Source: Actinomycetes bacterium (GTDB taxonomy: Bacteria; Actinomycetota; Actinomycetes; Mycobacteriales; Mycobacteriaceae). From it: a stretch of DNA of 44,812 nucleotides. The position numbers and the translations under genes are program-made. The notes beneath the pieces are model-generated. The model was not told the DNA's origin, did no database searches, and saw only the letters and a program-made list of their open reading frames with translations. This document shows positions 20,162 to 31,442 of the stretch, piece after piece (the first letter of the stretch is position 1; each line of letters begins with the position of its first letter). The stretch lies in the NCBI GenBank assembly GCA_021793835.1, contig JAJYRZ010000001.1:1-44812 (forward strand). Reading direction: 5' to 3'.

Positions 20162-20203
20162 TCAGACCCCGCCGCGGCAACCAAGGAGGAGGTCACGCCG
20201 CAT
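20162..20203 (-). CDS. leuA leader peptide [13 protein letters not shown]
   Basis: ATG CGG CGT GAC CTC CTC CTT ... TGA, with three tandem Leu codons. TACACT -10 lies 7 nt upstream (leaderless). Confidence 0.8.
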   Translation of the reverse strand: MRRDLLLGCRGGV

Positions 20204-20292
20204 GCCCTGGAGTGTACGCCCCTGGGCGCGGTGGGGCGGCAGTGGGGTGCCCGACCTGCATGATCACAAAAGGCAATGAGTGTTTAAATCCG

Positions 20293-20309
20293 AATAGTGT
20301 GACACTATT
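20293..20309. promoter_or_regulatory. Perfect 8-1-8 AT-rich operator upstream of catalase
   Basis: AATAGTGT-G-ACACTATT within an AT-rich patch. Confidence 0.65.
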
Positions 20310-20376
20310 GGTCCTGTGCGGCCCCGGGAGTGCTTCCCGGGTGCCACGATCGACTACAGATCGAAAGGGGACGGAC

Positions 20377-21846
20377 ATGACCGACAAGAACACTCCGCAG
20401 CAGGATCCGACGCGACTGACCACCGCGGTGGGGGCGCCGGTGCCCGACAACCAGGACGTGCTCACCGCCGGGCCGCGTGGCCCGCAGCTGCTGCAGGACG
20501 TGTGGTTCCTGGAGAAGCTGGCGCACTTCGACCGCGAGGTCATCCCCGAGCGCCGCATGCACGCCAAGGGGTCGGGCGCGCACGGCACCTTCACCGTCAC
20601 GAACGACATCACGCAGTACACCCGGGCGAAGATCTTCTCCGAGGTGGGCAAGAAGACCGAGATGTTCGCGCGCTTCTCCACCGTCGCCGGTGAGCGCGGC
20701 GCGGCCGACGCCGAGCGCGACATCCGCGGTTTCGCGCTGAAGTTCTACACCGAGGAGGGCAACTGGGACCTCGTCGGCAACAACACCCCGGTGTTCTTCT
20801 TCCGCGATCCGCTCAAGTTCCCGGACCTGAACCACGCGGTCAAGCGCGATCCGCGCACCAACATGCGCGACGCCGACAACAACTGGGACTTCTGGACCCG
20901 GCTGCCCGAGGCCTTCCACCAGGTCACGATCGTGATGAGCGACCGCGGCATCCCGGCCGGCTACCGGCACATGCACGGCTTCGGCTCGCACACCTTCAGC
21001 TTCTGGAACGAGGCCGGCGAGCGGCACTGGGTGAAGTTCCACTTCCGCACCCAGCAGGGCATCGAGAACCTCACCGACGCCGAGGCCGAGGCCCTGGTCG
21101 GCAAGGACCGCGAGTCCAGCCAGCGCGACCTGTACGAGGCGATCGAGCGCGGCGACTTCCCCAAGTGGAAGATGTACGTGCAGGTCATGCCGGAGGCGGA
21201 TGCGGCGAAGGTGCCGTACCACCCGTTCGACCTGACCAAGGTCTGGCCCAAGGGCGACTACCCGCTGATCGAGGTCGGTGAGTTCGAGCTCAACCGCAAC
21301 CCGGACAACTACTTCGCGGACGTCGAGCAGGCCGCCTTCAACCCCGCACACGTCGTGCCGGGCATCGGCTTCTCGCCGGACCGGATGCTGCAGGGCCGGC
21401 TGTTCTCCTACGGTGACGCGCAGCGCTACCGCCTGGGCGTGAACAACTACCAGATCCCGGTCAACTCGGCGCGCGTCCCGGTGGGCAACTACCACCGCGA
21501 CGGCGCGATGCGGGTGGACGGCAACGTCGGCTCGACCAAGCACTACGAGCCCAACCGGCACGGACTGTGGCAGCAGCAGGACGCCTTCCGCGAGCCGGCG
21601 CTCGGCGTGGGGCAGACGGCCGACCACTTCGACTACCGCGCGGACGACGACGACTACTTCTCGCAGCCGCGCGCGCTGTTCGAGCTGATGAACGACGAGC
21701 AGCGCCAAGCGCTGTTCGACAACACCGCCCGCGACATCGCGCCGGCGTCGCAGGAGGTCATCGACCGGCACCTGGCCAACTGCGAGGCCTGCCACCCGGA
21801 CTACGCCGCCGGTGTGCGCAGCGCACTGGCCAAGGTCCGCGGCTGA
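20377..21846 (+). CDS. katA: Monofunctional small-subunit heme catalase
   Basis: [21 protein letters not shown] and [12 protein letters not shown] motifs. GAAAGGGG RBS. Confidence 0.96.
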   Translation: MTDKNTPQQDPTRLTTAVGAPVPDNQDVLTAGPRGPQLLQDVWFLEKLAHFDREVIPERRMHAKGSGAHGTFTVTNDITQYTRAKIFSEVGKKTEMFARFSTVAGERGAADAERDIRGFALKFYTEEGNWDLVGNNTPVFFFRDPLKFPDLNHAVKRDPRTNMRDADNNWDFWTRLPEAFHQVTIVMSDRGIPAGYRHMHGFGSHTFSFWNEAGERHWVKFHFRTQQGIENLTDAEAEALVGKDRESSQRDLYEAIERGDFPKWKMYVQVMPEADAAKVPYHPFDLTKVWPKGDYPLIEVGEFELNRNPDNYFADVEQAAFNPAHVVPGIGFSPDRMLQGRLFSYGDAQRYRLGVNNYQIPVNSARVPVGNYHRDGAMRVDGNVGSTKHYEPNRHGLWQQQDAFREPALGVGQTADHFDYRADDDDYFSQPRALFELMNDEQRQALFDNTARDIAPASQEVIDRHLANCEACHPDYAAGVRSALAKVRG

Positions 21847-21927
21847 CCGCGACCCCGTCCCTCCCCCCGGTGGGGAGAGGTTCGGCGGCCCCGCCCGCAC
21901 CCGGTGTGCAGGCGGGGCCGCCGCATG

Positions 21928-22581
21928 TCACGGGGTCGTGCGGGGCGCGGCGGCCGGCAGCGGAGTGCCCCAGGAACCGGTGAACACCGTCGCGGCCAGA
22001 TCCGGCCTGGGCCGCGGGGTGCGATCCCGTGCGGCGATCTCCGGATCGGGATGCTCGCCCGCCCGCAGCCGGCCCAGGGCCACGACCACCACCGGGGTGA
22101 ACCCGTCCGGTACGGCGAACGCGGCGCGGGCCGCCTCGGGGGCGAAACCGGACATCGGATGGGAGACCAGGCCCTCGGCGACGGCCTGCAGCGACAGCTG
22201 CGCCACGGCCAGCCCCGCATCGAACAGCGCATAGGGCATCTCGCCCTTGGCGTTCGTGGTCTGGGCGGCGACCAGCAGCAGGGCGCCGGCCTCGGTCGCC
22301 CAGGCGTTGCCGTCGTCGAGCACCGCGGACAGCGCGGTGTGCGTGGGGTCGCCGCGCAGACCGGCCAGGAATCGGACCGGGAAGGTGCCGCCCCAGGAGG
22401 CGGCGACCCGGGCCGCCTCGACCACGGCCAGCAGCTCGGCCGAGGTCACCTCGGCGGCCGGATCGAGGTTGCGCGGACTCCAGCGCGCGGCGATCAGCGG
22501 ATGGACCCGCACTCCGGTGTCGCCGGTGCGGTCGGTGTGCGGATGCGGCGGAAAATCGGCGGCGGCGTCGGTGGCGGACAT
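21928..22581 (-). CDS. Nitroreductase family protein
   Basis: HPLIAARWSPR, FDAGLAVAQLSLQA, HPMSGF and R.PR tail. Confidence 0.85.
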   Translation of the reverse strand: MSATDAAADFPPHPHTDRTGDTGVRVHPLIAARWSPRNLDPAAEVTSAELLAVVEAARVAASWGGTFPVRFLAGLRGDPTHTALSAVLDDGNAWATEAGALLLVAAQTTNAKGEMPYALFDAGLAVAQLSLQAVAEGLVSHPMSGFAPEAARAAFAVPDGFTPVVVVALGRLRAGEHPDPEIAARDRTPRPRPDLAATVFTGSWGTPLPAAAPRTTP

Positions 22582-22761
22582 GGTCGCCGATGATAGCCGC
22601 GCCGGCCTGCACGGCCGCCGGCCGTGAACGGGCGGAGCGGACCGGCCTGTGCGGCGCCCGCCGGCGGACGGTACCGTTGAACGTCGGCCGAGCCGGGATG
22701 CACCGGGCCCGACCCGCGGGTCGGTGTCGGCACGGCAACACGAATATGGAGGTACCCGACC

Positions 22762-25069
<2,308 letters not shown>

Positions 25070-25093
25070 CCGGCGCCGGTCGCTATCGCGCCT

Positions 25094-25131
25094 GTGCGGC
25101 CCGGACCCCGGATGCGGGGGCCGGGCCGCAC
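25094..25131. terminator. Hairpin between convergent asd and asparaginase genes
   Basis: gtgcggcccgg...ccgggccgcac stem. Confidence 0.7.
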
Positions 25132-25157
25132 CGGTCTTCTCCGGGGCGCGGGCGTCC

Positions 25158-26141
25158 TCAGGGCTCGGTGAGCACGCGGGCGATCGCGTCGCGGCCGAGC
25201 CCGTGGGCCAGCAGCGCGGCGAGAAGCACCCGGGTCTGCTGGGTGCGCAGCCAGGGCGATATCACGGCGCCGGCCGCCACCAGGTCGGCGCCGCCGCCCC
25301 CGCCGCCGTAGTCGGCGAAGGCGGGCCCGTGGGCGACCTCGGTGCACACCACGATCGGCACCCCGGCGGCCGTCGCCTCGGCGACCGCGCGGGCGATCGC
25401 CGGATTCGCGTTGCCCGCACCCATGGCGGCCAGCACGATCGCGCGCGCCCCGGCCCTACGCGCCGCGACGATCGCCGCCGCGTCCACCCCCGGATACAGC
25501 AGCACCGCATCCACCCGCGGCCAGGGGCCGGGCGTGCGTCCGGTCATCGCGGCCAGGGCGCGGTCGCGGGTCGCGGCCAGCCCGGCGGTCACCGGATCGG
25601 CTGCGGCGCCGGCCGCGGCGAAACCGTCGGGATCGGTGGTGTGCACCTTGGCCGCGCCCCACACCGGCAGCGTCTGCCCGGCGAAGACGACGGCCGCACC
25701 CGGGCACGGAGTGTCGGCGGCGGCCGCGGCGAGCGCCGTCGCCAGATTCGCCGGACCGTCGGGGCGCGGATGATCTGCCGGGCGCTGGGCGCCGGTGTAG
25801 AGCACCGGACGCGGATCGGTGCGCAGCGCCGGATGCAGATCGGCGACCAGAGCGGATTCGGTAAGGGTGTCGGTGCCGTGCAGCACGACGACCCCGTCGG
25901 CCCCGCCTGCGAGCGCGTCCGCAGCGGCATCCGCGATCCGGCCCATGTCATCGAGCGAGAGCGCCGCGCTGTCCACGGCCATCACCTCGCGGGCCGACAC
26001 GGCGACGTGGCCGGGCACCGGGACCCCGGACAGCAGGTCGGCGGGCACGGTGGCCGGGGCCAGCACTCCGGCGGCGTCGCTGCGCGCGGCGACGGTGCCG
26101 CCGGTGCCCAGCACCGTGATCCGGCGGGTCGGGGCGGTCAT
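25158..26141 (-). CDS. L-asparaginase/glutaminase family protein
   Basis: GTGGTVA, HGTDT, TGAQRP, DGPANL and KVHT motifs. ATGA overlap with pirin. Confidence 0.9.
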   Translation of the reverse strand: MTAPTRRITVLGTGGTVAARSDAAGVLAPATVPADLLSGVPVPGHVAVSAREVMAVDSAALSLDDMGRIADAAADALAGGADGVVVLHGTDTLTESALVADLHPALRTDPRPVLYTGAQRPADHPRPDGPANLATALAAAAADTPCPGAAVVFAGQTLPVWGAAKVHTTDPDGFAAAGAAADPVTAGLAATRDRALAAMTGRTPGPWPRVDAVLLYPGVDAAAIVAARRAGARAIVLAAMGAGNANPAIARAVAEATAAGVPIVVCTEVAHGPAFADYGGGGGGADLVAAGAVISPWLRTQQTRVLLAALLAHGLGRDAIARVLTEP

Positions 26142-27133
26142 CCCTGCGGGCCGGGCTCCGGGTTGCCGCGCGGGGCCAGCCGGGCGTTGGGCAGCACCGG
26201 GGCGGGCAGCCGGTCGACCTCGCCGGTGTAGCCGGCGACCGCGCCGAAACGGTCGGACCCGGCCTCCCACTCCGCGCGCGCCTCGGCCACCTCCTCGTGG
26301 GTGCGGGCGACGAAGTTCCACCACATGATGATCCGTTCGCGGAACGGCTCCCCGCCCAGCAGCAGGATCCGTGCGCCCTCGGCGCCGGCGACGATCTCGA
26401 TCCGGTCCCGGCCCGCCGGGGCGAAACCGAGTTCGGCCCGATCCAGGTCCGTGCCGCACAGGGTCGCCGCACCGGTGTCGACGAGCACCCCGTGCTCGAA
26501 GGCCGGATCGACGTCGAGTGCGAGCTCCGTGCCCGGGTCCAGGATGATCTCGGCGCCCAGCAGCGGGGTGAAGGTGGGCACGGGGGAGACCTCACCGGCC
26601 AGGGAACCGAGGAACACCCGCAGCTCGGCGCCGTCGCGGCGGACCGGTTCGGGCACGTGGTGCCGGAAGTCCCGCGGCGCCTGCCGGTGTTCTTCGGGCA
26701 GCGCCACCCACAGCTGCACCCCGTGCAGCACGGTGGTCGCAGGCGTGGAGACCTCCGAGTGGCAGATGCCGCGGCCACCGGTCATCAGGTTGACCTCGCC
26801 GGGCCGGACCATCGCGTGCTTTCCGAGGCTGTCGCGGTGCTCGATCTCGCCGGTGAACAGCCAGCTGACGGTCTGCAGCCCGGTGTGCGGGTGCGGGGCC
26901 ACGTCCATCCCGCCGGTCACCGACACGTCGTCGGGACCGTAGTGGTCGACGAAGCACCAGGCGCCGATCATGGTGCGGGCACGCTGGGGCAGGGTGCGGC
27001 GCACCGTCATCGCGCGCGGACCGCCGAGGGGCACCTCCCGGGAGGTGAGCACCTCGACGGGGCCGGCCGGCACCGCATCGGGGTCCAGGCCCGTGCACTC
27101 GACCTCGGCGGGACGGGGATCGACGTCGCTCAT
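26138..27133 (-). CDS. Pirin family protein
   Basis: GAWCFVDH, PHPHTGLQTV, ICHSE and WWNFV motifs. GAGGAG RBS. Confidence 0.92.
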   Translation of the reverse strand: MSDVDPRPAEVECTGLDPDAVPAGPVEVLTSREVPLGGPRAMTVRRTLPQRARTMIGAWCFVDHYGPDDVSVTGGMDVAPHPHTGLQTVSWLFTGEIEHRDSLGKHAMVRPGEVNLMTGGRGICHSEVSTPATTVLHGVQLWVALPEEHRQAPRDFRHHVPEPVRRDGAELRVFLGSLAGEVSPVPTFTPLLGAEIILDPGTELALDVDPAFEHGVLVDTGAATLCGTDLDRAELGFAPAGRDRIEIVAGAEGARILLLGGEPFRERIIMWWNFVARTHEEVAEARAEWEAGSDRFGAVAGYTGEVDRLPAPVLPNARLAPRGNPEPGPQG

Positions 27134-27272
27134 CTTCTCGTACTCCTCGGGTTCGTCCGATGCGTCGCCGACAGGGGTCGCGACGCCCGCCGTCGACTTT
27201 CCCACAGTCCGAGCGTCCACGTCGCGGGCGTGCGCGTAGCGTGGTCTCCAGTAGTGAGAGGAGGCGGTCCCC

Positions 27273-27479
27273 ATGACCGGCAACGTCTACCGCATCACCG
27301 AGGTCGTCGGCTCTTCGCCCGACGGCGTCGACGCGGCCATCCGGAACGCGATCACCCGCGCCAGCGAGACCGTGCGCAACATCAGCTGGTTCGAGGTCGT
27401 CGAGACCCGCGGCTACGTGCAGAACGACGCCGTCGCCTATGTGCAGGTGACGCTGAAGATCGGTTTCCGCCTGGAGTGA
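27273..27479 (+). CDS. Dodecin (flavin-binding)
   Basis: YRITEVVGSS, WFEVVETRG and QVTLKIGF motifs. AGGAGG RBS. Confidence 0.93.
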   Translation: MTGNVYRITEVVGSSPDGVDAAIRNAITRASETVRNISWFEVVETRGYVQNDAVAYVQVTLKIGFRLE

Positions 27480-27543
27480 GACGGCGGATCGGATGCGCAG
27501 GCGGGCCCGGACCGATGTCCGGGCCCGCCTGTCGATCGTCTGC

Positions 27544-28785
27544 TCAGTCGGGCAGCAGGGTGTCGCCGAGTCGGCCGCCCTCGTCGATGCCGGGCAGTAC
27601 CGCGTAGACGGCCGAACCGATCGGCACCGTCCAGATGTTCAGCGCGTCCTGCTCGGCCAGGCGTTCCTGCACGGGCAGGAACTGCCGGGTCACGTCCCGC
27701 TGGTAGGTCACGAACAGCAGGCCCGACTCCGAGGTCCGCCCCGGCGCGGGTGCCTCGTCGTAGTTGTAGGCGCGCCGGTAGAAGCGCTCGTGCGGAGCGC
27801 GGGGGCGGGCGCGGGCGATGTGCGAGGTCGGCGGGATCACCGGGATGCCGTAGCGGTCGGTGGCGTCGAAATCCGCCTCGTCGAACTCCTCGGTGCCGGT
27901 CAGCGGGGCGCCCGAGCCCTGGAACCGGCCCATCGACAGATCCCGCATCGGCGGATCGGCCTCCTCCCAGGTGTCCATGTCGATGCGGATCCGCCGCAGC
28001 ACCATCGCGGTGCCGCCCGCCAGCCACGGCTGAGCGGCGCCGTCGTCCCAGACCACCTCGGCGAAGTCGTCCGTGCCCGGCACGGGGTTGACGGTGCCGT
28101 CACGCTGGCCCATCAGGTTGCGCATCGTGGCGCCCTCGGGGCGGGTGCCGTGGGCCTCGCGGAAGCCGCGCTGGACCCAGCGCACCGTCGCCTGGGCGCG
28201 CACCGACCGGCTCAGCGTGCGCACCGCGTGGGCCAGGGTCACCGGATCGCCGGCCGCGACGGCCGCGATCAGGTCGGTCTGCCCCCAGGCCGGATCCAGC
28301 CGGTCGATCGGCAGATCCGGCAGCGGGGCCAGCCATTCGGGCCGGGCGTCGGCCCGGCCGATCCGGTCGAACACCTCCGGCCCGAGCCCGACGGTGACGG
28401 TCAGCTCGGCCGGCTGTTCGGCCAGCTCCGGTTCGGGATCGGCCAGGGCCGGCTCGCCGGCGGTCAGCCGCGCGGCGTCGTCGGTCCACAGGCGCAGTAC
28501 CCGCCGCAGCTCGGCCGCGCCCGCGCCGGGGCGCAGGTCGAGTCCGATGAAGGCCGCGAACGGCGGAGGCACGGCGGGGGTCTCGATACCGGCCTGGTGC
28601 ACGCCGTGGAACGACACGGTGCGGGCCCCGTGGGCGCCCGTCGGTTCCGATCGCCCGGCGGTGGCCGACCAGGCCAGCGCGCCGCCGGAGGCCGAGGCGA
28701 CCGACAGCGCTGCGGCCCCCAGCGCGCCGCGCCCGAGCAGGGCGCGGCGCGACAGGCCCGATCGCGCGGATCGGTCAGTGCTCAT
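27544..28785 (-). CDS. Tat-exported DyP-type peroxidase (EfeB-like)
   Basis: Tat signal SRRALL, FHGVHQAGI, MGQRDGT (GxxDG), SHIARA and RRAYNY motifs. Confidence 0.92.
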   Translation of the reverse strand: MSTDRSARSGLSRRALLGRGALGAAALSVASASGGALAWSATAGRSEPTGAHGARTVSFHGVHQAGIETPAVPPPFAAFIGLDLRPGAGAAELRRVLRLWTDDAARLTAGEPALADPEPELAEQPAELTVTVGLGPEVFDRIGRADARPEWLAPLPDLPIDRLDPAWGQTDLIAAVAAGDPVTLAHAVRTLSRSVRAQATVRWVQRGFREAHGTRPEGATMRNLMGQRDGTVNPVPGTDDFAEVVWDDGAAQPWLAGGTAMVLRRIRIDMDTWEEADPPMRDLSMGRFQGSGAPLTGTEEFDEADFDATDRYGIPVIPPTSHIARARPRAPHERFYRRAYNYDEAPAPGRTSESGLLFVTYQRDVTRQFLPVQERLAEQDALNIWTVPIGSAVYAVLPGIDEGGRLGDTLLPD

Positions 28786-29347
28786 CGTGCATCGACTCCT
28801 CGTGGTCGGCCAGATCGCCGTAGTCCTCCTGGGCGCCGGCGAAATCCCGGATCGGGGCACTGAACCGCAGCGTCGAACCGTCGTCGAAGGTCAGGGTCAT
28901 CGGCACGTCGTCACCGGGCTCGAGCGGTTCGATCAGATCCATCAGCATCAGATGGTCGCCGCCGGGCTCGAGCAGATAGGAGGAGTCGGCGCCCACGACG
29001 AAGCCGCCGTCCTTCTCCTGCATGCCGGCGACCCCGGCGTTCAGGACCACCTCGTGCAGCTCGGTGGTCTCGGAGACCGGTGAGGAGGCGGCCACGATCG
29101 TCACCTCGTCACCTGAATCGTTGATCATTTCGGCGAACACACTGGTCATGCCGTCCTCGGCGGCCTTGGCCCACGGTTCGGCGACGGTGACGGCGTCTGC
29201 CTGGTCGGCGGGCGTGTCGGCGGAGGAACAGGCGGTGAGGCCGGCGAGTGCGGCCGCGGCCAGCACCGCGGTCGCCGCCCACCGCGGCTTCCGGCGGCCG
29301 CCGGCGGGCGGGTGCTGCGGGTAGGACGGGGTAGGGATGGAAGACAT
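28775..29347 (-). CDS. Copper chaperone PCu(A)C lipoprotein
   Basis: Lipobox LTAC, H-x10-M...HLM copper motif, and an acidic His/Met tail DHEESMHDEH. Confidence 0.9.
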   Translation of the reverse strand: MSSIPTPSYPQHPPAGGRRKPRWAATAVLAAAALAGLTACSSADTPADQADAVTVAEPWAKAAEDGMTSVFAEMINDSGDEVTIVAASSPVSETTELHEVVLNAGVAGMQEKDGGFVVGADSSYLLEPGGDHLMLMDLIEPLEPGDDVPMTLTFDDGSTLRFSAPIRDFAGAQEDYGDLADHEESMHDEH

Positions 29348-29416
29348 GGTCGATCGCTCCTGATCAGGCAGGGAAGGGGGCCGGGCCGGTGGGCCCGGGC
29401 TGTGAGTGGTCGAGGG

Positions 29417-30004
29417 TCAGACTGGGAGCGGGGGTGCGCGGCAGCCGCCTGCACTGACGCCGTGCAGCGCCCGCGCGGGCCTGTCGGCGGCCGAGGCCGG
29501 CAGGCACAGGGCGGGAGCGGTGACGGTCGGTGGGACCAGTGCGGCCCGCACGGCCGCGCGTACGGTCGCCGCCCCGGCCGCGGCCGCCTCGGCGGACAGG
29601 ATCACGGCGGCGCCGGCCAGCACGGCCGCGCCGTGCCACAGCAGCATCGCGGCCGACGGCATCAGCGGATGCCCGGTCTCGGCTGCGCCGACGGACAGGG
29701 CCAGATGACCGGCGATCTGGCCGGCGATCAGCAGCCCGGCCAGGGCGACCGGGCCCGTCCGGCGGCGGGTGGTGCGCACCACCAGCAGCCCGAGCAACCA
29801 CGCCGCGAGCAGCAGGGCGCCGATCGCGGCCGCGTCGGGGGCGCCGGAGTGGGTGGCTGCGGGGTCGTGGTGACCGTGTCCGGCCGGGTGTGACCGGTGC
29901 AGTGCGCTGCCGTGTGCGGCGAGGGAGATCACGACCGACAGCGCGCCGACCAGGGCGCCACGCAACTGTGCGGGCACCCTGGTCGGCGGGATCATGACCC
30001 ACAT
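29417..30004 (-). CDS. His-rich membrane protein with C-terminal RAPP motif
   Basis: Several TM segments, AAHGSALHRSHPAGHGHHD, GQIAGH, MLLWH, and the ending CRAPPLPV. Start at 30004 or 29995; each has a -10 hexamer 7 nt upstream. Confidence 0.75.
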   Translation of the reverse strand: MWVMIPPTRVPAQLRGALVGALSVVISLAAHGSALHRSHPAGHGHHDPAATHSGAPDAAAIGALLLAAWLLGLLVVRTTRRRTGPVALAGLLIAGQIAGHLALSVGAAETGHPLMPSAAMLLWHGAAVLAGAAVILSAEAAAAGAATVRAAVRAALVPPTVTAPALCLPASAADRPARALHGVSAGGCRAPPLPV

Positions 30005-30072
30005 ACTACCGACTGTAGGAGGTGGGTGCGGGGATCGTGCGCGGGCGCCTGCGGGGCGCCCATGCACGCCGG

Positions 30073-30537
30073 TCAGGCGGGCCGGGGCGCCTGGAGCAGC
30101 GCGCCGAACCGGGCGGGTGCGGACCGCGCGATGAGTGCGTCCGCGCTGATCTGGCCGGCGCCGACCCCGGCCAGGGCCAGGGCGCCGGCGCCCAGGGCCA
30201 GCACCAGCTCGTAGCCGCCCTCGTCGATCCACAGGCCGTTGCCGGCGTGTCCGATCACCCAGGCGCCGATCATGTCGGCGACCAGGATCAGGCCCACCAG
30301 CGGGGTGAGCACGCCCAGGATCAGGGCGGCGCCGCCCAGGATCTCCACCCAGGTGGCCAGGGCGGCGGTGAATCCCGGTGCGGGTGCGCCCATGGCCTCG
30401 AAGCCGGCCTTGGTGCCGGCGTGGCCCCAGTCGTTGAGCTTCTGTAGGCCGTGGGCGAGGAAGATCGCGCCGATCCCGATGCGGGCGAGCAGGAGGGCGA
30501 GGTCGGCCGTCAGGCGGCGGGTGGCGAGCAGGTTCAC
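30073..30537 (-). CDS. DoxX family membrane protein
   Basis: LARIGIGAIFLAHGLQK, EILGG, GGYE and GAGQISAD motifs. Confidence 0.9.
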   Translation of the reverse strand: MNLLATRRLTADLALLLARIGIGAIFLAHGLQKLNDWGHAGTKAGFEAMGAPAPGFTAALATWVEILGGAALILGVLTPLVGLILVADMIGAWVIGHAGNGLWIDEGGYELVLALGAGALALAGVGAGQISADALIARSAPARFGALLQAPRPA

Positions 30538-30578
30538 GAAGTGCCCTTTCGTCGGTGCGTCGCGGCGGCATGCCGGGA

Positions 30579-30645
30579 CTTACTTGAAACTTCAGGTAAG
30601 ACGGACGGGGTCGACGCTAGCCCCAGGTTGTTGAGCTGTCAAGCA
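30579..30645. promoter_or_regulatory. Two TTGA-N4-TCA(A/G) operators between doxX and marR
   Basis: cttacttgaaacttcaggtaag (30579-30600) and ttgttgagctgtcaagca (30628-30645). Confidence 0.7.
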
Positions 30646-30670
30646 GTTGGTGCGGCGTAAGCTGTCCGTC

Positions 30671-31171
30671 ATGGTCGGTGTGCATGGGCAGGGGGCCGGG
30701 CCTCGCTGGCTCGATCCCGTCGAACTCGAGGCCTGGATCCAGGTGGCGGTGATGATGGCGAACCTGCCGCCGGCGCTCGACGCGCAGCTCCAGCGCGATT
30801 CGGGGCTCTCGCATTTCGAGTACGAGGTGCTCTCGGTGCTCTCCGACTCGCGCGGGATGCGGCTGCGGATGAGCGAGCTGGCCGCGCTGGCCGGAGGGTC
30901 GGTGTCCCGGCTCTCGCACGTGGTCACCCGGCTCGAACGCCGCGGCCTGGTCGAGCGGTACCCGTGCCCCGACGATGCGCGGTCGATCCTGGCGCTCCTG
31001 ACCGGCGACGGGCACCGGGCGGTGGTGCAGGCCGCGCCCGGCTACGTCGAGAACGTCCGCCGGCTGGTGATCGACCGACTCGGCCGGGAGCAGATCGAGA
31101 AGCTGGCGGAGATCGGGGCCGCGATCAACGACGAGGTGCCCCGCATCGCACGCGACAACGCGCAGCGGTAG
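30671..31171 (+). CDS. MarR family transcriptional regulator (RosR-like)
   Basis: LDAQLQRDSGLSHFEY, RMSELA, SRLSHVVTRLE and PCPDDAR motifs. Start approximate. Confidence 0.88.
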   Translation: MVGVHGQGAGPRWLDPVELEAWIQVAVMMANLPPALDAQLQRDSGLSHFEYEVLSVLSDSRGMRLRMSELAALAGGSVSRLSHVVTRLERRGLVERYPCPDDARSILALLTGDGHRAVVQAAPGYVENVRRLVIDRLGREQIEKLAEIGAAINDEVPRIARDNAQR

Positions 31172-31243
31172 GGCGGCGCGCACTCCACAGGCGGGACCTC
31201 GGCGCCCCGGGTGCTCGCCGGGCCTGTGGGCCGGTGTGCGGAA

Positions 31244-31288
31244 AGACGCAGGGCGCCTCCCGGCTCTGCCGGAAGACGCCCTGCGTCT
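31244..31288. terminator. Hairpin downstream of tRNA-Pro and marR
   Basis: agacgcagggcg / cgccctgcgtct arms. Confidence 0.7.
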
Positions 31289-31305
31289 GCTGTCTCAACT
31301 TAGCG

Positions 31306-31379
<74 letters not shown>

Positions 31380-31442
31380 GTCGGCGGCACGAGGCCGCCG
31401 GTCCGCGTGTTCCGTTCCCGGTCCGCGCGAACCTCGATCACC

